NCBI GenBank assembly: GCA_907165135.1
Contig: OU015567.1
Coordinates: 12,028,001 to 12,092,000 of the forward strand
DNA: 64,000 nt
Reading direction: 5' to 3'
Source of the DNA: Oikopleura dioica
Taxonomy: Eukaryota; Animalia; Chordata
Under the pieces are notes generated by a model. That model was not told where the DNA came from. It saw only the letters and a list, made by a program, of their open reading frames with translations, and made no database searches. A program made the translations under genes and the position numbers. Shown here piece by piece: positions 50,601 to 60,100 of the stretch; position 1 is the first letter of the stretch; every line of letters begins with the position of its first letter.

Positions 50601-52346
50601 TGGAATTGAGCACAAGAGACATCGATGACGCAGAGTACGACGCTGAGTTTAAACGACTCAAGGCTCAGCTCACGGCAGAGTTGAAAGCATTTGACGAAGA
50701 AACGGAACGGTTAGGTGACAGAATCTTCAACGAAAAGCGCAAGGGACTTGATGTGAAACAATCGGCAGAGCATCTTGGCTTACTGGAACGTCAATTAAGC
50801 CAAATCGACGAGGAAATTCGTAAATGTACAAGTGATGCGCAAATTCAGTACGAGCTTCAGCAAAACCGTCTAAAAGCCCAACAGAAGCACCAAGCGGAGA
50901 TGGACGAAGCTGCCCGACAAAAAGCTCTGGAAGAGGAAGAACGACTTCGGCAACAACAAGAAGATTTGTTGAATAAGAAGAATCGATTGAAATCGGACAA
51001 ACAATCGGAGAAAGAACGCCAAAAAGCAGCCGAGGAAGCTGAAAAGGCGAGATTAGAGGCAATGGTTCTGGCGAATGAAGAGCGCGCGAGAGTCAAACTC
51101 GAAAATGAGAGAATACAAATTGAAAGCTCGAATAAGAACGACTCGGAAAAAGAAAAACTCCTGCGTGAACTTGACGCCAAGCATGCAAAACAAGCAGCTG
51201 ATCGGGCAGCGCAAACCGACAAGGCAAGGAGTGAGCTTGAAAAACGACTTGCAGCTAGAAGAGCGCGTGCAGCGGAATATGCTGAAGAAGAATCGCTCGC
51301 GGAGGAGGAAATTTCCGAGACGCCAGCGCAGATTCTTATAAAAAGTGAGCAGCCTCAGCAGAAGAAGTCCACAGTTGATCATAGCCAGGTTCTCCTTAAA
51401 TCTGGTTTGATTGAAGATCTCTCAGCGCTTGAAGCGATTCTAAAAGCTTCGATAAGCTTACAGACGGGAGACAATTCGCAATCTGCTCACTCAGATCTAT
51501 TCCTTGCCAAGCAAGATCAGCTGAGAAAGACTTCTCCTGGTCTGGTGATCATTCATCCTTCTGATCTTTCTACCCTTGAGTTCGTCGGTTACCGACTATT
51601 CCAGCGTCAATTTGAGTTGCTTTCGCGAGTTTTCCATCTCGAACCTATCACGATTATGATTGCCAACGAGTTCCCCGCTCAAGAGGAAAGAAAATCCTTC
51701 GCACCATCGTTCTACAGGTAATAAACCTCAATTTGATTTGAAAATTTTTATTGACGACAACAAGCCATAAAACATGTTTTTAGTTATCAAAATGGCATCG
51801 CACTTTTGGACCAACAACATCTCAAGTCCTCGGGACTGATGTCAGTGATGGCTGCTCATCTAGCAAGTCACCTGGCCGCCGATTCACATTTCATCGACTC
51901 TGACGTTGTCTTCAAGAGAACCTTTTTCCGCGCAGTCAGCCTTTTGTGCGCGCAGATACCCGCCGAAAGCCTCCATTCTTCCACTGGTGAAGAAATTCTT
52001 GACTACACAAGCAAGGGTCAAAAACTCCGTGAAGCAAAATACAAGGAGCACCTTCGAAACGCGCCTCAGGCGAGCTCACATATCAAACATCAGAGAAGCG
52101 TCACGGAGAACAAGGCGAAAACAACGCAAAAACTCGGACAAGGTACAATTGAATTTCGATAAAAAATATTCAACAAATTTAGCTCTAGAACTCAAGCATG
52201 ACATCGTCCTCAGTGGAGAAAATAAAAATTCGAGCGCTGAAGATTACTTTGATCGCTTGTGTGCCCAAATGTTCGATGCTTTGCAAGAGGAAGATGAAGA
52301 CAGAATTCAAGCATTGCAGAAAAAACTCGAAGCAGCAGCTCTATAA
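29623..52346 (+). CDS. Giant type I membrane protein (about 7,415 aa): some 5,000 aa of CPxGxYC (GCC2_GCC3/Ephrin_rec_like-type) repeats, one TM, long coiled-coil cytoplasmic region; one -1 frameshift near 46530
   Basis: Exons 29623-29744, 30019-50106, 50204-51717, 51784-52142, 52183-52346 with GT-AG introns. Phases close only if 1 nt is added at 46529-46531 (KF|YRLLLEQS). Furin-like RVRR at 30224-30235 and RTKRSRR at 45785-45805. TM at 46232-46306. AATAAA at 52393. Confidence 0.88.
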
Positions 52347-52392
52347 ACCTTCAAAAACAGAAAACAAAAGTTCAATTTATTTTATTTTTGTA

Positions 52393-52398
52393 AATAAA
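52393..52398 (+). terminator. Polyadenylation signal of the giant Cys-repeat gene
   Basis: AATAAA 47 nt after the stop at 52346. Confidence 0.6.
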
Positions 52399-53323
52399 CA
52401 TTGTTATTTTCTCAGTCAATCATTTGATTACCGCAATCCGCAATAATGATCGATCATCATGGGAACTTGAAAATAAAGTCCTGTGAGTTCGTAACATTAT
52501 TTGCCTTATTTGGAGAAAGCCGGTCTCAAAGAATGTAGACCTCAATAAAAATTCTCCTGGCTGTCTACTTTCGTCGTGTACCAATCACCCAGCAAATGTG
52601 AAAAACACCTAAAACCTCGGCTTCAAAATGCCATTTACGTTTTGATTATTTTACGAGCGCATTCCGGCTATCAATCAGACACCCACCAGATGCTTTATGA
52701 TGTCAGCTGGTTGTTAAAGCCAAGTTCTTACGGTTCATTGCGGTTTTACGCAATCCGATGTTTTGATAACTAAATTTTATCCACAAAGCATTTTCTGAAA
52801 TGATAATGTTATTATATGATTGATATAACAAGTTGTACTTAAACAACAAGTTTAAACCAATTGATTTAATGCTTTCCGAAAATTTGATTGTATAAAAAAG
52901 AAAGATAATAATAATCCGCGCGATTCTGAAAGAGGCGGGAGAAGAACCTTAGGTTCTCTGGTAGAACCAGAGAGGCAGAACGGCCTCTATCAATTGCGAA
53001 GCGGGTGGGCGTTGAAGCGGGAAGGGACCTCATCTCAGCGTCAAGGCTGACAATTGTTGCTCAAACACCTCTACCTTAGGTACTCTCATTATACTTCTCG
53101 CTAATTTAGATAAAGAATTTCGAACAAATAGTTTTTCCTGCTGATAAAAAGAGAACACTTATGAATTGATTATTTGAACTGATTGATGTATTCTGGCAAC
53201 AACGAAGAAAAAATGAAATGTGCAATTAGAAAGATAGAAAAAGAAAGGAAGGAAGAAAAGTCAAATCCGTAGCAGGTTCGTCGTCGGTTTTAAACTAAAG
53301 CCGGTTCACTCCCGAAGGTTTGT

Positions 53324-53512
53324 TCAGGGGCACTTGCAGGCACCAGTGACTCGGACGTCGACGAGCTTGGTGACGGTAACGATGGAGACTCGGGCATCGA
53401 GAACGATGCTAAAAGAAAAGAGTTAGCGGTTTGTTCAATATTATCCTATCTCGACTTACTCGGAGGCCATGTTAATTTCTGGGGCTTCGAAGCAGATTTC
53501 GTCCTTGGCCAT
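53324..53512 (-). CDS. Micropeptide A1, 45 aa: MAKDEICFEAPEINMASDIVLDARVSIVTVTKLVDVRVTGACKCP
   Basis: Exons 53512-53460 and 53408-53324; 51-nt GTAAGT..AG intron in phase 2. Paralog A2 differs only at synonymous sites beyond the N-terminal residues. Confidence 0.9.
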
Positions 53513-53723
53513 TTTGAAAAATTTGCTTTATCGATATATCTAGAGTTGATATATTGAATATGCCACGGATGCGGCTTGATTTTATAGTTGAAGCTTTTAC
53601 GATGTCCCTCGGAACACAGATCACCAGCGCCGGGAGAGGGCGATGAGTGCGAAGTGGATAAAACAAGCGGCAAGGGAAGAAGAACCTCAGTTGATTACTC
53701 ACAAAAACTAAAACTTTATCAAT
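53513..53723. promoter_or_regulatory. Candidate bidirectional promoter between A1 and B1
   Basis: 211 nt between divergent ATGs. TATAAAA on the minus strand at about 53580-53586, GATAAAACA on the plus strand at about 53657, TTTTACGA at 53595-53602. Confidence 0.6.
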
Positions 53724-53941
53724 ATGCCAAAGAACGAGATTTGCGTCGCTTCCCCCGAGGTCGTCATGCACGGAGAGTAAGTTCACACCCTTATTTCAAA
53801 AGAAAAGCTAGCCCACAATGTTTTTTTTTTAATAATTTTTAACCATTTTATTTCAGCATCAACCTCCATGCCCAGGTCGCCGTCGTCACCAAGGCCAAGC
53901 TCGATGATATCTCCATCAAGGGCGACTGCAAGTGCGATTAA
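53724..53941 (+). CDS. Micropeptide B1, 45 aa: MPKNEICVASPEVVMHGDINLHAQVAVVTKAKLDDISIKGDCKCD
   Basis: Exons 53724-53776 and 53857-53941; 80-nt GTAAGT..TTTCAG intron at the same codon position as in the A genes. Confidence 0.9.
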
Positions 53942-54970
53942 GAAACTTCTTTTTTCTTTTTCTATCTTTTGTGTTTTTCGACAATCGACTCCGTTCTGGA
54001 CACTTTTGCGCCCCTTTCTGCAATAGGTTACTTTTGACTCTTGCGCGGATAGGGAACGCTTTGTGCTCGGCGCGGTTTCGTGACAAACCTTCTTTTCCTT
54101 ACCTTTTCAAACCTTTACTGTTTATTTACCACTGATTTTTATGGCAACAACGGACGATAAAACTAAAAACTGTTGTTTTTTTCTTTTTATGCAGGAAAAA
54201 AGATAGGATTAACGAGTTATAGATTTCCGAAAAGATTTTTCGCATCTTTGAAATCATAGAAGACTCTTGAAACTAATGAAAATTTGGTCACTCGAGACTC
54301 TTTTAACGATCAAAGCCTAGACTTGGACTCATAATTTATAAGTGATAAAGGAAGATCGTAAATAAGGCCAGACATCGTGAAAAAAAGATGGCGGGCAGGA
54401 ATACGTTTCTTAGCGGATTATTTTCAGTCCAAGTAGCAGAGAAAGACTGCGCCTGCCAGTAAATCTATATTATATAGTCTATATAATAAAGACTTTTTAG
54501 CAATGACTTATGGGCAATAAATTATGGCAAATAAGTATGAGCAAATTTTAATTTGGGAGAACTATCAAAATCGATTTATGTCAAATTCTTGAGCACACTT
54601 TCAAGAAATGTATGAAATAAGAAGCGGCAAGTCGACTGGATACGTCAAATTTATCAAGAACCCGCCGATGATCGAGGAGAAGCCGGTTTTACGAGCGCCG
54701 CTTTAGCGAATGACAAATTTGATGAAACAGCTATTGAACTTGAGCTTCTGAAAATACTAGCTCATCTATTATTACAAAATGCTGGTCAAAATTTTGTCTG
54801 CAAAGAAAGATACGGTCATTGTTTTAGAATCATTCGTTGTTGCCGGTAAAAATTCAAATCGCATAGTTAAACAGTTGAAGGTAAGGAAAAGATGCTGAAA
54901 TCATTGATTTTTCAAGTCAAACAGCAGGTGTCAGAAAATGCAGAAGTAAAAAACGATCGAAGACAATTTC

Positions 54971-55185
54971 TTAATCGCACTTGCAGTCGCCCTTGATGGA
55001 GATATCATCGAGCTTGGCCTTGGTGACGACGGCGACCTGGGCGTGGAGGTTGATGCTAGAATAGAATTGTTAAGTTATGCGATGAAAAATGTTTTTAGGC
55101 AAAGGAGACTAAGGAAAAGTAGTGGTACTTACTCTCCGTGCATGACGACCTCGGGAGAAGCGACGCAAATCTCGTTCTTTGGCAT
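54971..55185 (-). CDS. Micropeptide B2, 45 aa, identical protein to B1
   Basis: Exons 55185-55133 and 55055-54971; 77-nt intron. CDS is 136/138 nt identical to B1 and both differences are synonymous. Confidence 0.9.
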
Positions 55186-55408
55186 TTTAAATTTGTTTTT
55201 GGTTGTTCAAATTTTGACAATTTTTCCAGTCTCCGACCCTCACATTTATAGTGGTTTCATATGTCGCCATCTACATGCTCCCATCTAAGAGCTAGAGGAC
55301 CGTGGATGCTGTCAATTAGCCGGCATGTCGTAAAACATTTTAGATAAAACACGCGCTCAGACTAGAATTCATCAGTTTATCCTTGATACTCAAAAAAACT
55401 TTACCAAA
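55186..55408. promoter_or_regulatory. Candidate bidirectional promoter between B2 and A2
   Basis: 223 nt between divergent ATGs. TATAAA on the minus strand at about 55245-55250, GATAAAACA on the plus strand at about 55343, TCGTAAAA at 55328-55335. Confidence 0.6.
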
Positions 55409-55601
55409 ATGCCAAAGTCCGACGAAATCTGCTTCGAAGCCCCAGAGATCAACATGGCCTCCGAGTAAGTCTTTTAAATTCCACGGAAGATCAAAGTTCT
55501 AACTTTTCAATTCTAGCATCGTCCTCGATGCCCGAGTCTCCATCGTCACTGTCACCAAGCTCGTCGACGTCCGAGTCACTGGTGCCTGCAAGTGCCCCTG
55601 A
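55409..55601 (+). CDS. Micropeptide A2, 46 aa: MPKSDEICFEAPEINMASDIVLDARVSIVTVTKLVDVRVTGACKCP
   Basis: Exons 55409-55464 and 55517-55601; 52-nt GTAAGT..CTAG intron. AATAAA at 55731. Confidence 0.9.
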
Positions 55602-56838
55602 ACGACACCTGTCTGACAGACACTGATTGCAATTGGCTAACGATCGGCTAACGGAACTGACAAACGATTCTTGCTCTCCTTTTATATTTCTACCATCTTT
55701 ACAGATTCATTATTTCATTCGTTGTTGCCAAATAAATCAAGTTGTACAAAAATAATATCTCATTCTCGTCATTTCTCAGAACTAAGGAGCGACAAGCAGG
55801 TGATTACTAGGTTAGATCTTACATCTTCGTGTTAACCCCGCGACGTTACGAAGTAGTATTTGGGATAAGGCAATTAGCCCAGCAGTTCTGGACCAGAGTA
55901 TTTGGACCAGGAACCCGAAACCAGATGTAGACGATGGAATATTCTAACATGGTTTACATAGCATTCAATAATACCCATTTTATACCGAATTATCGTGTTT
56001 TTGATGATAATAGAATTTCTTTGATCAATCTTCCGGCGGTAACTTTTATGATGATAAATGGATAACTCGTAATTCGCAGCACCAGATCGTCGAGAATGAA
56101 GATCATTAATTTCTTTGATGATGGATTAACAAAAAAAAAATAGTGCTTACTTCGGCATAGGCCACGTGAGTCTATTCTAAACGCTTTTCTAGGTTTAAAA
56201 AGGAGCTCTTGCACCTGAACCTCTTTTTGACAAATGAGCGCTCAAGCTAAAAGGGTCGCGCCAGGCGCTTGTGGTCGCCTCAAAGGAATGCAATACGATT
56301 TCTTCTCTCCCTTTTGCTCACGTGTCTTGACGAATACAGAGGACGAATGCGCATGGCTTTGGAGTTTCTAAAGTAAAAACCTCATCAATTTGTCTGTCTT
56401 ACGCGGCCGCGATTATGTATTCAGGAGGCTGTGCACATGTGGCTGTCAGCCCTAGCGAAGGAGAGGCTTATTTTTACTTGGCCAGCAAGGACATTATCAG
56501 TTTTGAATTACTGTCAGATAGACACACAAGGTAACTGGGTAATTATAATTTTTGCTGAAGTCTAAGCATTGTTTTGAAGTACAAGTGTAGTAGATAACTC
56601 TTTCTAAAAATACCATTGCTTTCAAAAAAGATTTTTTGTATTTTGCCATATTGTTAATTTCTGATGGGCCTTTAATTTGACCTCCGATGCAAAATTTCGA
56701 TATCATCCCCGTCATAAGACGAGTGTTGCATTAGATAAGACGAGGGTCCGGAAAATTGATAAACGAACCAATTTAACGAGCAGCTCTCCGTCTTTTTTTA
56801 TCATAGAGGGGCTGAGTTGAACATCCAGACGGTATAAG

Positions 56839-57184
56839 TAGGCCTCGGACGAAAAAAAGACGATTTTCACCATCCGGTCATCGTACGGGAATAGGAGTGG
56901 GCTCATTCGAAAGCTCTTGATAAGGGCTTTCTTTTTGACCGATAGAAAAACTGGGCCCTCCCTTTCTGTTTCGAGTTATTTTGAAAAATAATTTTCGAAG
57001 CTTACCTTCAAAATCAAATATCTCGAAAAAGGAGGACAAAAAGAGGACAAAAAGAGGACAAAAAGAGGGTCCAGTTTTTTTATAAATCCAACAGAAAGCC
57101 CCTTTTAAGAGCTTTCGAATGAGCCTACTCTTGTTACCCTACGACGACCGGCTAGTGGTGATGATTTTTTACGTCCGAGGCCTA
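56839..57184. mobile_element. Second copy of the hAT-like foldback MITE (346 bp)
   Basis: TAGGCCTCGGACG...CGTCCGAGGCCTA termini. 8-bp TSD GGTATAAG at 56831-56838 and 57185-57192. Same subterminal GGCTCATTCGAAAGCTC repeats as 6629-6946. Confidence 0.92.
57027..57070. repeat. 11-bp tandem repeat (AAAAAGAGGAC, about 4 copies) inside the second MITE
   Basis: Seen directly. Absent from the first MITE copy. Confidence 0.85.
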
Positions 57185-60100
57185 GGTATAAGGGCTCTTA
57201 TAAGGACCGCAAACTCGACAGTGTGGAGATCCGATGGCGGACATCGTTAAATGCGAATTTTACTTAGATTTTCTCAGAGATGTTACTTTTATTTTATTTT
57301 TAAACGTCCTCTATCTTTTGTTTTAAAATTATTGTTCAGCCAAATTCGTTTTTCTTTTTCAAAAAAATGAACAAGAACAACCTATCAATCCAGACCGAAA
57401 ACCGAGTTAACGATTTGCCCTCACTCTTATTCGCGGATTTCTACGCTAATCTAAAATCGAAGAACCGCTCGATACAAGAAAGCTTCTTGTAGCATCAACA
57501 TCCGAACAATGTCATTTCACTTTTGGTATTTGATTTTAGGAACCTCTAATGCTTACATTCTAATTCGCGATGGACTTTCCTTAAGAGCCCGCTTTGTATC
57601 GCAAACACTGTCCAACCAGGTCGTTAACAAAAGGGCGTCTAAACACTGAGAAGAATTCAATGTCGACGTGTTTGGAAGGTAGCTAGAGATGAGCTGAGGG
57701 GATATTCTTATAAGCAGGTGACTTTAGTGCGGCGAAATCAAAGCAGCTGGCTTCCGCCAAACACGTTTCAAAGTCGCACAAGATTTGCCCGGTGCTGTTC
57801 TACATACTCCCAAGCGCACTTTTCTTTCGCGGTGGCGCTTGAAAAATCTCAAGCGACTTTTCTTAATTTGACTAAAAAGTCGCGAAAGATGATTCAACCA
57901 AATCAAAATTCATAATTTTAGAAACTTTTTAGTTCTCTAAAAATATAAAAAAAAAGAGTCAAAGTCAGTCAATTTTCCCCAAAAAATCGACCTCCACCCC
58001 CTTAAAATCGCAAAACAAGCCCTTGTCTCATAAATCTCGAACCGCAGTTGAACTAAGACAAATCAGCAGGACCGTTGTTGTTCGATGTTCAAACACCAGT
58101 TTTATGCATCTTTTGCATCCACCGAAGCAACCGGCTTGCAAGTTGACTTGCTTGTTACGTATATTTTGCACCGCAAAAGGAGCTGCTTGAGGAAATGCAC
58201 AATAATGTGATAAGAGTTTGTGAGGTCGCGGCGATAGCGTAACTCGATTTAGAAGGAGCAATAGGTTCACTCAACCGGGTGCTTCTTATCTACTGTAATT
58301 TTTTGAGCCCTGCTGATGCTACTGTAGCTCTTTTTCTTTCGTAATCAGCGGAATGAAGAGAGTCGATAAGGATAATTTTAGAAACAGAGCGATTCCAGAT
58401 CTTCATTTACCATTTCTTTCCAATACAAAAATAAAGAAAGAGAGATCCATCTCTTGAATCGTCAGTTTTCAAAATTACTTCATCGCTTCTGATAACTTAT
58501 CAGTTGAAGCTCAAGTAACATTCAATCTTTATCCGACATTTTCTGAAAGAAAGATTCAGATAAGTAATCTGAGATAACTTCTTTTTTGTAGACGAAGCTT
58601 TATTCAATGATTGCCTTTACTGAGTAAGAGTCAGTAAGTATAGACAAAACTGGGACGTATATTGCAAAAACTTCAAAGATAACGAGGTATTTATATGTCA
58701 ACTGGTGAAATTCCACTAAATTCGAACGGAAATGTATCTTGTCGTTGGATCAATAATTCTAATTTCTATTCCAAATATATTCGTTAATGGAATGACAATT
58801 AATCCAGAAATAATTGATGGACATGGGTTCAAAAAACTCTTTTGGTAAAAATAGCTTAATGGCCTTCTTGTTGGATAATTGTCAAAGAATGAACCTTTGG
58901 ATCATAAAACCGCGTCGGATCTTTGAAGTTAGCGAGAACCAAGGATCGTAAAGCGAGTTCTTATTGATTTCGCATTTTTCAGCGGGAAATACCCCCGCGA
59001 GGAAGCCCGTAAAAGTACCACGCGCCCATGTTGGCAAGCTGGCCTAGTCGGCGCCGGCGAATCGTAAAAAGGCCCGTTATATTTATGGAGGAAGCTCTAT
59101 TTATTATTCGATTTTCGGAATACGAATTTATTGGACACCAGCTGGGCCATCTGCTCGAGTTCAGCAAAAATGGCAATCCATAGTTAATTTTATTGGGACC
59201 GAAAATACTAAAACAAGCATTTGCCGGGTTTTCTTCTGATTAAATTCCAAGGAGAAATTCCAAGTTTGTGTGTGATTATTATTAACACAGTGAAGAAATT
59301 CCAACGAGGTGGAACAACGTGGCGATTGTGTGGAGAAGTGATTCTAATCCCGTCTTTAGGCAATCTTATCACAAATACACAAGTCCCAGTTCTTTGAGTC
59401 CTCTTTATCGGGGAGGGTCAGGACTTTCCATGAACTTCTTAGAGTTTCAAAATAGCCTTGTTTTTCAAACTTGTCGGCCCTTTCCTTCCAAAAGCAAAGA
59501 AGGTCTTGGAGTTTGAAAATTATTGCTTTTAAATAGATAACCATTTGGGATGCCAAAGTAGTCACATGATTGTCCAGGGCTGACATCATAATCGTCTGAA
59601 AATTGCCAGTAAAGTCGGTCTCACATTCTTGCATTATTTTCACATTATGGCATTTGCGAATCTCCGTCCAATTTTCGACATCCTCTTTCGACTGGACTCT
59701 TATTGTAATCGGCAAATGGGAGAGATTAGTCATATGCACGTTTTTCGTAACATTTCTTTCTGTCGAATATTGAGGGCCAAAATGCGCATGTTAGGGAAGA
59801 GACCTTTTAAAAAGCAGAATTTATTGGGGTTTGAAAGATGGAGTCAAGTGCTGAATTAGATCTGGGAAGGATACGGTATTTGCTCGGCCAAATGAGCAAG
59901 CGTGGCGATTTTCGGGCAGTGACACCCTTATTTTTTCTGACAAAATGAAGGTTAAAAAGGCGAAGATGCCTAAATCAAGATAAGTCTGCTTTTTCAAAAG
60001 AATCTTCGGGGCAAATTCTGACCTCAACGGAGGCAAAAAAGGAAGTAAATCGGAGAAGCAGCAATCAACCCGTTGAAAGAAAAACAGAAAACGTCGCTTA

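Noticed and set aside
30002-51382. Many 60-290 aa alternative-frame and antisense ORFs overlapping the giant gene
   Set aside because: Expected shadows of a long repetitive Cys/Gly/Pro-rich CDS; no independent motifs or splice signals.
54463-54492. Helitron-like 5' end (TCTATATTATATAG/TCTATATAATAAA) in the B1-B2 spacer
   Set aside because: No matching 3' hairpin plus CTRR end found; could be ordinary AT-rich sequence.
53586-55601. Prenylation (CaaX or Rab CxC) signal on the micropeptides
   Set aside because: The ends are CKCP and CKCD, which fit neither a terminal CxC nor a good CaaX.
57027-57070. CRISPR-like repeat array
   Set aside because: Contiguous 11-bp units with no spacers, in a eukaryotic MITE.
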